A stretch of DNA of 64,000 nucleotides from an uncultured Clostridia bacterium. GTDB taxonomy: Bacteria; Bacillota; Clostridia; Christensenellales; Borkfalkiaceae. The stretch's first letter is position 1; each line of letters starts with the position of its first letter. Below, one piece after another: positions 1-7,947 of this stretch. The position numbers were made by a program, and so were the translations under genes. Location: positions 18,761 through 82,760 of the forward strand of contig CAJOMP010000004.1 in assembly GCA_905235785.1 (NCBI GenBank), read 5' to 3'. The notes beneath the pieces are model-generated. The model was given only the letters and a program-made list of their open reading frames with translations, ran no database searches and was not told the origin of the DNA.

Positions 1-274
1 GATATTTACCGTAGAAAAGACGATAAAAGACGTCGGCGACAAAATCACCGAAGAAGACAAAGCGAAACTCGAAGAAGAGATAAAGAGCGCTAAAACCGAG
101 TTGGAGAGCAACGATAAAGACCGTATGGATAAGGCTTTCGAGCAACTTTCTAACGTTTCGCAAGGAATATTCGCAAAGATTTATCAGCAGGCGCAGGGCG
201 CAAATCCCAACGGAGACCCCAACGGCGGCGCAAACGGCGCAGGCGCGGGAGACACCGAATTTCACCAGAATTAA
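1..274 (+). CDS. dnaK: Molecular chaperone DnaK, C-terminal fragment (5' end outside window)
   Basis: Frame 2 is open from the window edge to TAA at 272-274. The translation ...KITEEDKAKLEEEIKSAKTELESNDKDRMDKAFEQLSNVSQGIFAKIYQQAQGANPNGDP...EFHQN is a typical Hsp70 C-terminal tail, and dnaJ follows directly. Confidence 0.85.
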   Translation, partial: IFTVEKTIKDVGDKITEEDKAKLEEEIKSAKTELESNDKDRMDKAFEQLSNVSQGIFAKIYQQAQGANPNGDPNGGANGAGAGDTEFHQN

Positions 275-313
275 GCGCAAAAGCACAATAAAAAAACGTT
301 AAATTTTACGCAG

Positions 314-341
314 AACTGAAAGGCGAAAACGCCTTTCAGTT
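314..341 (+). terminator. Hairpin between dnaK and dnaJ (possible partial terminator or processing site)
   Basis: aactgaaaggcg-aaaa-cgcctttcagtt forms a perfect 12-bp stem. There is no clean T-run after it. Confidence 0.3.
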
Positions 342-380
342 CAACGCGTTTATTAAAGCCTTGCGGCACAAAAGGGAATT

Positions 381-1511
381 ATGGCTAAAAATTATTACGA
401 AACTTTGGGCGTGAGTAAAAACGCCACGCAGGACGACATAAAAAAAGCGTACAGAACTCTCGTTAAAAAATATCACCCCGATCTTCACCCGGGGGACGCA
501 GCCGCTGCGGAAAAATTCAAGGAAATTAACGAAGCGAACGAAGTATTATCCGACGAAAGACGCCGTAAAGAATACGACTTTCAGCAGGAACACCCGAATA
601 TGGGCGGTTTCGGTGGCGCGGGTGGCGCAGGCGGATTTTCGGGCTTTTCCGATTTCGGCGACATTTTCGGCGATATATTCGGCGGTTTCGGCGGCGGAAG
701 ACGTCAGGCGCAGACGAAAGTCAAGGGCGACGATATCACTATCGAAATTTCGCTTTCCTTTCTCGACGCGGCGAAAGGTTGCGTAAGGGAAGTGGTATAT
801 AACAGAAACGAACCGTGCAAAGCGTGCAAAGGCACGGGCGCGAAAGGCGGTACGGCGTATAAAACCTGCGAAAAGTGCGGCGGCACGGGTCAGGTCGTTT
901 ATACTTCTACCAGCGGGTTTTTCAGGTCGCAGACCGTCCGCCCCTGTCCCGATTGCGGCGGCACGGGCAGAAAAATTCTGGAAAATTGCCCCGATTGCAA
1001 GGGCAAAGGCTATACCCGCGCGGCGACGAAGGTTTCTCTCAATATCCCCGCCGGCGCGGATACGGGCAGTTATTTAAGAAAGACAGGCTTCGGCGAAGCG
1101 TCAAGTAGCGGCGGCGACGCCGGCGACCTTATCGTGGTTATAAAGGTAGAACCGAGCAAACTTTTCAGACGCAAGAATTTCGACCTTTACGTTACCGTGC
1201 CGATAAGCGTTAAAACGGCGGCGCTCGGCGGAAAAGTGAAAGTGCCGCTTATCGACGAAACGATAGACTATACTATTCCCGAAGGCACGCAAAGCGGCAA
1301 AGTGTTTTTCGTGCGCGGAAAAGGTATAAAAACTTCGCGCGGGACGGGCGACCTTTACATAGAAACGGTCGTGGAAATTCCGACCAAACTGTCGAAAGCG
1401 CAAAAATCCGCTCTCGAAGATTTAGACGGCGGCACGGATATCAAACAATGTCCGAAAATGAAACAGTATTCGGACAATATGCAATCCATGTACGGCAAAA
1501 ATCCATACTGA
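381..1511 (+). CDS. dnaJ: Molecular chaperone DnaJ (Hsp40)
   Basis: J domain with HPD (YHPDLHPGD), a G/F-rich linker, four CxxCxGxG zinc-finger repeats (CKACKGTG, CEKCGGTG, CPDCGGTG, CPDCKGKG), and position after dnaK. Confidence 0.97.
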   Translation: MAKNYYETLGVSKNATQDDIKKAYRTLVKKYHPDLHPGDAAAAEKFKEINEANEVLSDERRRKEYDFQQEHPNMGGFGGAGGAGGFSGFSDFGDIFGDIFGGFGGGRRQAQTKVKGDDITIEISLSFLDAAKGCVREVVYNRNEPCKACKGTGAKGGTAYKTCEKCGGTGQVVYTSTSGFFRSQTVRPCPDCGGTGRKILENCPDCKGKGYTRAATKVSLNIPAGADTGSYLRKTGFGEASSSGGDAGDLIVVIKVEPSKLFRRKNFDLYVTVPISVKTAALGGKVKVPLIDETIDYTIPEGTQSGKVFFVRGKGIKTSRGTGDLYIETVVEIPTKLSKAQKSALEDLDGGTDIKQCPKMKQYSDNMQSMYGKNPY

Positions 1512-1512
1512 T

Positions 1513-2448
1513 ATGAAAGATTATTCAGAAATCACCGTAAAAACGACGCATATCGGCGCGGAACTCGTCGCCGACGTTCTGTCCGAACTTTCGGACGGCG
1601 GAATTTCCGTCGCCGACGTTCAGGACGTAATCGACCTTGAAAACTCGGGCAAGAGTTGGGATTACGCCGACGAAAATATTTATTCCGCGGATAAAACGGT
1701 TACGGTTAAGTGTTACGTTAAAATTGCGGAAAAAGACAAAAAAATTTCTGATATAAAGTCTGCGCTTTCCGATTTGAAACAAAATTCGCCCTTCGATTTA
1801 GGCTCGCTCGCCCTTTCCGAAACAGAAGTGGACGGCGACCTTTGGCGCGATAAATGGAAGGAAAATTTTAAACCCATACATATAGGCAAGATAACGGTCG
1901 TGCCGGAGTGGATAGACTACACGCCCGCAAGCGGCGAAAAATCGGTCGTTATAGGCTCGAATATGGCGTTCGGCACGGGTGAGCACGAAACCACTTCTAT
2001 GTGCGTGGAACTGTTGCAGGATTGCGCTCTTAAAAACGCCACGGTAATAGACGTCGGCACGGGTAGCGGCATTTTGGGCATTGCCGCCGCAAAACTCGGC
2101 GCGAAAAAGGTCATAATGACCGATATAGACGAGTGCGCGGTTACCGCCGCAACGGATAACCTTAAATTAAACGACGTAAAAAACGCCGAAGTGTATTTAA
2201 AAAATCTTCTTGACGATAACACGGTAAAAGGCGACGTTATTCTCGCTAATATTATGGCGGAAGCGCTTATCGCTTTTGCGTCGGGGCTTAAAAACAATCT
2301 TAACGCGGGCGGAACGGTAATTCTTTCGGGCATACTTACCGACAGGCTGGATAAAGTTATCGCGGCGTATAAAGCGCAGGGGTTTAAACTTATTAAGACC
2401 GAAATAAAAGGCGAGTGGGCGGCAATCTCGCTTAAAGGTATAAAATAA
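1513..2448 (+). CDS. prmA: Ribosomal protein L11 methyltransferase
   Basis: PrmA-like N-terminal domain plus the SAM-binding motif VIDVGTGSGILGIAAAKLGA. Synteny dnaJ-prmA matches the Bacillus yqeT position. Confidence 0.9.
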   Translation: MKDYSEITVKTTHIGAELVADVLSELSDGGISVADVQDVIDLENSGKSWDYADENIYSADKTVTVKCYVKIAEKDKKISDIKSALSDLKQNSPFDLGSLALSETEVDGDLWRDKWKENFKPIHIGKITVVPEWIDYTPASGEKSVVIGSNMAFGTGEHETTSMCVELLQDCALKNATVIDVGTGSGILGIAAAKLGAKKVIMTDIDECAVTAATDNLKLNDVKNAEVYLKNLLDDNTVKGDVILANIMAEALIAFASGLKNNLNAGGTVILSGILTDRLDKVIAAYKAQGFKLIKTEIKGEWAAISLKGIK

Positions 2449-3689
2449 TGAAAGCGGTGGTTTTTACGCTCGGATGCAAGGTGAACGAGTGCGAAAGCGA
2501 ATCGCTCGTTTCGGGGTTAAAAGCGCGGGGCTACGAAGTTTTCGATAAACTCGTAAAAGCCGACCTGTATATCGTTAACACCTGCGCGGTTACGCTCGAA
2601 GCCGAGAAAAAATCCCGACAGACGGCGAGTAGGATAAAAAAACTAAACCCCGCCGCAAAAGTTATTTTTACCGGTTGCGCGGCGGAAAAAAACTATAAGG
2701 CTTTCAGCGACAAATCTTCCGCATATCTCGTAACGGGCGTATTTAATAAGAACGCTGTTTTAGACGCTTTGGATAAATCCGGCGTTATGATATCCGAAAG
2801 CAATTCGGAGTACGAAGAACTGCCCGCGCCGACTTCCTTGCGTACGCGCGCCTTTATCAAAGTGCAGGACGGGTGCGACGGTTTTTGCACTTATTGCATT
2901 ATCCCGCATCTTCGCGGCAGGAGCAGAAGTCGCAATCCCGAAAGCGCAGTAAACGAAATTGTTGCGTTAAATCCTGCGGAAGCGATAATTACGGGCATAA
3001 ATCTTTCCGACTACCGATACGGGGATTTGGGGCTTACGGGACTTATTGAAAAACTGAAAGACGTAAATGCGCGGATACGTCTCGGCTCTTTGGAAGTTCG
3101 CGTGATAGACGACGGGTTTTTGCGCGCGGTAAAAGGGCTTAAAGACTTTGCGCCGCATTTTCATCTCTCGTTGCAGTCGGGGTCGAACGCGGTGCTTAAA
3201 AAAATGAACCGCAAATATACGAGAGAAGAGTTTATAGAAAAAGTCGGCTACATAAGGCGGTATTTTCCGCTTGCGGGGATAACCACCGATATCATAGCGG
3301 GCTTTCCGACGGAAACGGAAGAAGATTTTGCGGATACTCTTTCGCTTGTGGAAACAGTAAAGTTTTCAGATATTCATCCCTTTATATTCAGTCCGAGAGA
3401 CGGCACGCCCGCATATAAAATGCAAGATTTGCCGCCATGCGTCAAAAAATCGCGGCTTGACCGTTTGCTGGAAGTTAAAAAACGTCTTAAAGCGGAATTT
3501 GCGGCGGCTATGCGCGGCAAAACCCTGCGGTTTTTACCCGAAGAGTATAAAGACGGGTTTACAGAAGGATATTCGGAGAATTATTTGAGAATTTACGTTA
3601 AGGGCGAGTTGCCCGTCGGTAAAATAATAAACGTTACGGTGAACGCGCCCTATCTTGACGGCGCGACAGCCGAAATAATAAAAAATTAA
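2448..3689 (+). CDS. mtaB: Radical-SAM methylthiotransferase, MtaB-like (tRNA ms2t6A37)
   Basis: UPF0004 N-terminal domain (TLGCKVN...NTCAV), radical SAM motif CDGFCTYCIIP, C-terminal TRAM-like region. Position after prmA matches yqeV. The ATG overlaps the prmA stop. Confidence 0.85.
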   Translation: MKAVVFTLGCKVNECESESLVSGLKARGYEVFDKLVKADLYIVNTCAVTLEAEKKSRQTASRIKKLNPAAKVIFTGCAAEKNYKAFSDKSSAYLVTGVFNKNAVLDALDKSGVMISESNSEYEELPAPTSLRTRAFIKVQDGCDGFCTYCIIPHLRGRSRSRNPESAVNEIVALNPAEAIITGINLSDYRYGDLGLTGLIEKLKDVNARIRLGSLEVRVIDDGFLRAVKGLKDFAPHFHLSLQSGSNAVLKKMNRKYTREEFIEKVGYIRRYFPLAGITTDIIAGFPTETEEDFADTLSLVETVKFSDIHPFIFSPRDGTPAYKMQDLPPCVKKSRLDRLLEVKKRLKAEFAAAMRGKTLRFLPEEYKDGFTEGYSENYLRIYVKGELPVGKIINVTVNAPYLDGATAEIIKN

Positions 3690-3701
3690 AAGGAGTAAGT
3701 T

Positions 3702-4043
3702 ATGGAAGATTGTTTATTCTGTAAAATAATAAAGGGTGAAATTCCCGCGACGAAGGTCTACGAAGACGACGATATGGTGATTTTTAAGGATATTGATCCG
3801 AAGGCAAAAAACCATCATTTATGCGTGCCGAAAAGCCACTTTAAATTGCTTGCCGATATGACGGAAAAGCAAGCCGAAATGCTGTTAAAGTGCTTTAAGA
3901 AAATCCCCACGCTCGTAAAAGAGTTAGGTTTAGAAAACGGCTATCGACTCGTGATAAATCAGGGCGACGACGCGGGGCAGTCGGTGTTTCACTTGCATAT
4001 CCATATATTGTCGGGTCAAAAGATGGGTTGGACGCCCGCGTAA
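3702..4043 (+). CDS. HIT-family (histidine triad) nucleotide hydrolase
   Basis: 113 aa with CLFCKII at the N-terminus and the histidine triad HLHIHIL. AGGAG RBS upstream. Confidence 0.9.
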   Translation: MEDCLFCKIIKGEIPATKVYEDDDMVIFKDIDPKAKNHHLCVPKSHFKLLADMTEKQAEMLLKCFKKIPTLVKELGLENGYRLVINQGDDAGQSVFHLHIHILSGQKMGWTPA

Positions 4044-4055
4044 AAATATTTAAAT

Positions 4056-4095
4056 AAGGGGGAAGAACTGTTTTTCGAATCCGTTCTTCCCCCTT
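4056..4095. terminator. GC-rich hairpin between convergent genes
   Basis: aagggggaagaac / gttcttccccctt forms a 13-bp perfect stem. The T-rich flank is on the minus-strand side. Confidence 0.5.
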
Positions 4096-4149
4096 AAAAC
4101 CCCTAACTCCGAAAACTCTTTAAACGGTATAAAATTAAACGAAACTTTT

Positions 4150-4181
4150 GGTACGCCCACGGCATAAGCCGTGGGCGTACC
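4150..4181. terminator. Second GC-rich hairpin between convergent genes
   Basis: ggtacgcccacgg / ccgtgggcgtacc forms a 13-bp perfect stem 30 nt beyond the stop of the minus-strand LRR gene. No clear U-tract. Confidence 0.4.
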
Positions 4182-4211
4182 ACCGTTCCCTTACAGGGGA
4201 CACAAGCATTC

Positions 4212-6086
4212 TTATAATTCTATTACGCCGTCGGTGCAAACTATTTGTGTTATATTGGTACCGTATGCCCAATAATATTTTTTATTTATATTGTTCCACT
4301 GTTCCATTGTACCGAGATAATTTACACTTGTTAACAAATAGCATTCGGCAAACGCCCCCACGTCTATCTTTTCAACGCTTTCAGGTAGCGTTATACTCGT
4401 TAAATATCGTTTGCATTCCTGAAACGCATAAGAGACAATTATTTTTGTACTATCGTGACAAACTAAAGAAGCGGTTTGTTGTGTTTTTACGGTTGTTAAT
4501 ACAAAATACGGGTTAGCGTTGTTACCTAAATAACATGCATTATCATATTCGTTATAATGCAAATTATAACATTCATCAAACGCGTCATATCCTATCCCTT
4601 CAACACTATTGCCAATGGTTATGTTCTCTAATAAATTACATTTATCGAATGCATTGGCGGCAATGATTTTTGTATTATCGTGTATAATGCAGGAAGTTAT
4701 ATCTTTTGTTTTTGCTTTTGCTAATACTAAATACGGGTTAGTTTCGCTACCTAAATAATATGCGTTATCGTATTCGTTATACTGTAAATTATCGCAATCT
4801 TCAAACGAATCCATATCTATAACGGACGTTAATATATTGTCGGATAATTTTACGGTTGTTAACGCAGTGCAGCCGTTAAATGCCCACTGACAAATTACAA
4901 ATACTTTTTCAGGTATCGTTATGCTCGTTAAAGCCGTGCAATTTCTGAAAGCGCTATTGCCAATCGTCGTTATATTATCGGAAAAGGTTATGCTTACAAG
5001 AGCCGTGCAATTTTCAAAAGCGGAACCTGCAATGTATTTTGTGTCAGGATGTGTAATACAGGAAGTTATATCTTTTGTTTTTGCTTTTACCAATAACAGA
5101 TATGGGTTGTTGTTATTACCTAAATATAGTCCGTTATCGTATTCGTTGTACTGTAAATTGTCACAACCGTTGAAAATTTCAAATGCTATTTGTAAAGTTA
5201 TTCTTTTTTCGTCCTTTATCGTTACGCTTGAAAGAGAAGTGCACCCTTCGAAATCGCCCATGCCTATTGTACTCCCCATATTTATCACGCTATCTGAGAT
5301 TATTATACTTTCCAACGAAGTACAATGTGCTAATCCCGATCCCAAACGTTCACCGCTTGTGATTTCTACTGTTTTAAGGTTATCGTTTTTAATATAACTG
5401 CATGCGAACGCGGGAATTTTTGCATTCTCTATCTGACAACCCGAAAAAGCATTATAATCTATACGGGTGACGAAATCGGGTATTATTATATCCCTTACAG
5501 TTTTATCTTTTAATTCGTTTATTCTATATCCCGTTTCCGTTTTTTCCCAATCGAACATGTTAAGACAAGTTTCGTCTATCGACCATTTTGCGGTTAAAGT
5601 TATATCTTCCGTTATTACGTAGCCTATAAACGACCATTGTTCATTTTTGATATACCAACCGTCAAAAGTATAACCGTACCTTGTCGGCGTAGCGGGTTCG
5701 GCGCACTTTTTGCAATTTTCTACTTGTATAGAAGTGACTTCCGTTCCGCCGTCGGAATCGAAATTAACGGTATAATAAGTCGGTTCGTCTTTGCCTTTAA
5801 GCCAATTTAAAAAATCTTCTTCCGTACCCGTATGTCCGTTGTAAAGCCATATCTCATACGCAGATTTGCCGTCCTTGCCGTCTTTACCCTTAATACTTGC
5901 AATCCACTCGTCGTAAGATTTAGGCGTTTCCCCGGTTTCTTCCGCGTGCGCGACATAAGTATTATAGATACTTACAATCTGCTGGTCGCGCGTATCTGCC
6001 GTATTTGAGCCGCCGCAAGCAGTAAAACCTACTGCGCACAAAGCACAAATAACGCTTAAAAATAAAATAGCCAAAAGTTGTTTCAT
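4212..6086 (-). CDS. Surface lipoprotein with a Listeria-Bacteroides (Flg_new-type) repeat and BspA-type leucine-rich repeats
   Basis: Signal peptide plus lipobox (LCAVGFTAC). KGKDGKDGKSAYEIWL..GHTGTEEDFLNWLKG is a phage-fibre-like motif. YTVNFDSDGG...YTFDGWY is a Flg_new-like repeat. Repeated I.IP..V..IG..AF..C..L modules follow, with three NL(Q/H)YNEYDN..YLG...NPY..L blocks. Good RBS aaaggag. Confidence 0.85.
   Translation of the reverse strand: MKQLLAILFLSVICALCAVGFTACGGSNTADTRDQQIVSIYNTYVAHAEETGETPKSYDEWIASIKGKDGKDGKSAYEIWLYNGHTGTEEDFLNWLKGKDEPTYYTVNFDSDGGTEVTSIQVENCKKCAEPATPTRYGYTFDGWYIKNEQWSFIGYVITEDITLTAKWSIDETCLNMFDWEKTETGYRINELKDKTVRDIIIPDFVTRIDYNAFSGCQIENAKIPAFACSYIKNDNLKTVEITSGERLGSGLAHCTSLESIIISDSVINMGSTIGMGDFEGCTSLSSVTIKDEKRITLQIAFEIFNGCDNLQYNEYDNGLYLGNNNNPYLLLVKAKTKDITSCITHPDTKYIAGSAFENCTALVSITFSDNITTIGNSAFRNCTALTSITIPEKVFVICQWAFNGCTALTTVKLSDNILTSVIDMDSFEDCDNLQYNEYDNAYYLGSETNPYLVLAKAKTKDITSCIIHDNTKIIAANAFDKCNLLENITIGNSVEGIGYDAFDECYNLHYNEYDNACYLGNNANPYFVLTTVKTQQTASLVCHDSTKIIVSYAFQECKRYLTSITLPESVEKIDVGAFAECYLLTSVNYLGTMEQWNNINKKYYWAYGTNITQIVCTDGVIEL
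4690..5088. repeat. Intragenic coding repeats of the LRR gene
   Basis: The identical 30-mer caggaagttatatcttttgtttttgctttt occurs at 4690-4719 and 5059-5088 (369-nt, 123-codon period). A related aaatacgggtta...tcgtattcgtt block recurs near 4504, 4729 and 5100. Confidence 0.9.
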
Positions 6087-6119
6087 AAAAGTCTCCTTTC
6101 AAAATTTTTTCTGTAAAAT

Positions 6120-6310
6120 AAAAAAATGCGCAACAGAAGTTGCGCACCCAAACGCAAACTCCTTGTTGCTACACAAATAAAGAGAAATGAACGAGCACTC
6201 CCATTTGAGTTTGCATTTTAGCAAGTTTCAATAATGGGAGTATGACGAAAAAAAGATAAAATAACCCCTTTATCCGTTCATTTCCATACAAATATTTATT
6301 TGTGTAGCAA
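6120..6310 (-). promoter_or_regulatory. Structured 5' leader with intrinsic terminator upstream of the LRR lipoprotein gene (unclassified riboswitch or attenuator candidate, or a small RNA)
   Basis: Nested perfect helices: 6166-6181/6295-6310 (16 bp), 6184-6193/6275-6284 (10 bp), 6197-6205/6233-6241 (9 bp). Possible pseudoknot 6150-6161/6207-6218. On the minus strand, terminator tgcgcaac-ttct-gttgcgca (6146-6127) plus T-run, then the RBS. Confidence 0.55.
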
Positions 6311-6314
6311 GAAT

Positions 6315-6343
6315 ATTATATCACACTTAAAACGTTTTATCAA
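6315..6343 (-). promoter_or_regulatory. Sigma-A type promoter driving the leader and LRR gene
   Basis: Minus strand reads TTGATA-17 nt-TATAAT with an extended -10 (TGaTATAAT). The predicted start falls at the first helix of the leader. Confidence 0.65.
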
Positions 6344-6461
6344 GTAATAACGGAAATAATGGGTAAATCCCCTTTTTTCATTTTAAAAGGAATAAAAATT
6401 TTTTAACGAGCAATACTATCGTAATCTTCCCTTGATTTTCGGAATACATAAAGGGGGAATT

Positions 6462-7232
6462 ATGGCAAATAAAGTAGTAATCTGCGGGATAAACACCGCA
6501 ACTCTTCCGAAAATCACCGAAAAACAGTCCGCGGAGATGCTCGCTAAAATAGCGGCGGGCGACAAAAAAGCGCGCGAAGATTTTATTATCGCGAATATGC
6601 GGCTGGTGCTTTCCGTGATAAAACGGTTCTGGCGAAAGAACGATTCCGACGATATGTTTCAGGCGGGCGTTACGGGACTTATTAAGGCGATAGACAATTT
6701 CGACCTGAAATTTCAGGTAAAGTTTTCCACTTACGCCGTACCGATGATAATAGGCGAAATAAAACGGTTTTTGCGCGACGGCAATTCGCTCAGGATTTCC
6801 CGTTCTATACGCGACACGGCGTACAGGATATTACAGACCCGTAGCGAAATAGAGAAAAAGGACGAAGAAGCGAGTTTAGAGCGAATCGCCGCCGAAATGC
6901 AGGTTGCTCTTTCCGAAGTGGTGTACTGTCTCGACGCTATATCGGACACGGTGTCTTTATACGACCCCGTATACAATAAAAACGGAGACGAACTTTTGCT
7001 TTTAGACCAGATAGGCGACAGTAAAAACACCGAAGAAAATTGGTCGGATAAAGTTGCCTTGGAAAGCGCGCTTAACTCGCTCGAAGTAAGGGAAAGGGAC
7101 ATCATTTATTTAAGGTATTTTGAAGGCAAAACGCAAACGGAAATATCGGAAGCGGTAGGGATTTCACAGGCGCAGGTGTCGCGCTTAGAGAAGAACGCGC
7201 TCGGCTTTATAAAAAATTCCTTAAAAGCGTAA
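6462..7232 (+). CDS. sigG: Sporulation sigma factor SigG
   Basis: N-terminus MANKVVICGINTATLP matches the SigG signature NKVEICGVDTSKLP. Also has NMRLVLSVIKRF, FSTYAVPMIIGEIKRFLRD and GISQAQVSRLEKNAL. ATG at 6462 with RBS aaaggggg is preferred over the upstream TTG at 6432. Confidence 0.92.
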   Translation: MANKVVICGINTATLPKITEKQSAEMLAKIAAGDKKAREDFIIANMRLVLSVIKRFWRKNDSDDMFQAGVTGLIKAIDNFDLKFQVKFSTYAVPMIIGEIKRFLRDGNSLRISRSIRDTAYRILQTRSEIEKKDEEASLERIAAEMQVALSEVVYCLDAISDTVSLYDPVYNKNGDELLLLDQIGDSKNTEENWSDKVALESALNSLEVRERDIIYLRYFEGKTQTEISEAVGISQAQVSRLEKNALGFIKNSLKA

Positions 7233-7265
7233 AAAGAACAAGAAAAAGCAAAAAACAATATTTTG

Positions 7266-7310
7266 TACCGCCCCGCGCTTTGATTACAGCGCGGGGCGGT
7301 AAGTTTTTTT
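7266..7310 (+). terminator. Intrinsic terminator after sigG
   Basis: taccgccccgcgc / gcgcggggcggta stem followed by the T-run at 7304-7310. Confidence 0.85.
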
Positions 7311-7354
7311 CGGCTTTGTAATACGGACAAACAGCGTTTGCATATTTATACAGT

Positions 7355-7816
7355 ATGATATTATCGTATAAAGAATTGAGAAAACGGGACGTCGTAAATA
7401 TCGCGGACGGAAGGTCGTTCGGCAAAATTACCGATTTACAATTAGACTTTCCCCGCGCCGTACTTAAAGGAATAGTGGTGTGCGATAAAAAGCGTAGCGG
7501 TTTTTTCGGGTTGTGGTGCAAAAACGAAATATTTATCGACGAAAAACACATAGTCAGAATAGGCGGCGACGTAATACTCGTAAATATCAGACACAGCGAA
7601 CCTATAACCCCGTCCGTCGTGGATATAAACGCGAAGGGCGGCGGCGCAAAGAACGGCGCGTCCTGCCCACCGCCGTGTCCGCCACCGTGTCCGCCGCCGT
7701 GTCCATCGCCATGTCCATCACCCTGCCCGCCGCCGTGTCCGCCCGAGCCGCGCGCGCAAAACGGACAAAGCGGGGATTTCGGCGAAGATTTCAGAATAGA
7801 TTTTGAAGATTATTGA
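7355..7816 (+). CDS. YlmC/YmxH-family PRC-barrel sporulation protein with a Cys/Pro-repeat C-terminal extension
   Basis: The N-terminal ~85 aa (LSYKELRKRDVVNIADGRSFGKITDLQLDF...GDVILVN) resemble YlmC/YmxH. ylmC lies near sigG in Bacillus. The tail is SCPPPCPPPCPPPCPSPCPSPCPPPCPPEP followed by an acidic end. Confidence 0.8.
   Translation: MILSYKELRKRDVVNIADGRSFGKITDLQLDFPRAVLKGIVVCDKKRSGFFGLWCKNEIFIDEKHIVRIGGDVILVNIRHSEPITPSVVDINAKGGGAKNGASCPPPCPPPCPPPCPSPCPSPCPPPCPPEPRAQNGQSGDFGEDFRIDFEDY
7664..7744 (+). repeat. In-frame 12-nt tandem repeats encoding (CPPP/CPSP)n
   Basis: tgcccaccgccg tgtccgccaccg tgtccgccgccg tgtccatcgcca tgtccatcaccc tgcccgccgccg tgtccgccc. Confidence 0.95.
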
Positions 7817-7856
7817 GCGCGAGAAAATAAAAACCGTAAATATTTTCCGAAAATCC

Positions 7857-7885
7857 TTGAAACGCGGTCAAATTTGTTGTATCAT
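7857..7885 (+). promoter_or_regulatory. Sigma-A type promoter upstream of the PfkB-family kinase gene
   Basis: TTGAAA-17 nt-TATCAT. Confidence 0.45.
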
Positions 7886-7947
7886 ATTTGCGGGGGTGTT
7901 TTACCGCAACATTGTACGGATAATACGCCGCTTAACGGAGAACTTAT

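Noticed and set aside
4500-5170. Regularly spaced repeats checked as a possible CRISPR array.
   Set aside because: The repeats are in-frame modules of a continuous 624-aa ORF with 225- and 369-nt periods. They are not short direct repeats with unique spacers, and there are no cas genes.
6166-6310. Long nested inverted repeats considered as a 6S RNA or as the terminal inverted repeats of a MITE.
   Set aside because: The consensus promoter and terminator sit on the minus strand exactly around the structure, which fits a cis leader or sRNA. The internal loops are strongly asymmetric (3 nt versus 33 nt), unlike the 6S central bubble. No target-site duplication or second copy is seen in the window.
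6432-6461. Upstream non-ATG or extended starts offered by the ORF track: 6432 sigG, 10134 SBP, 17593 groES, 23704 yceD, 25619 nagA, 26916 DUF421, 31887 queA, 32915, 42240, 49465 pyrR and 57477 pyrB.
   Set aside because: In each case an internal ATG has a proper GGAG-type RBS and reproduces the conserved family N-terminus. The extensions overlap terminators, operators, riboswitches or the preceding gene.
6312-6461. Forespore-type (SigF/SigG) promoter for sigG, and SigE-type promoters for spoIIID and the ylmC-like gene.
   Set aside because: I could not align convincing -35/-10 elements with correct spacing by eye, so these were left unannotated rather than guessed.
7513-7806. 97-aa alternative-frame ORF across the CPPP repeat region.
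   Set aside because: It is an Arg-rich read-through of the GC-rich repeat in another frame. The YlmC-like frame has the recognisable domain.
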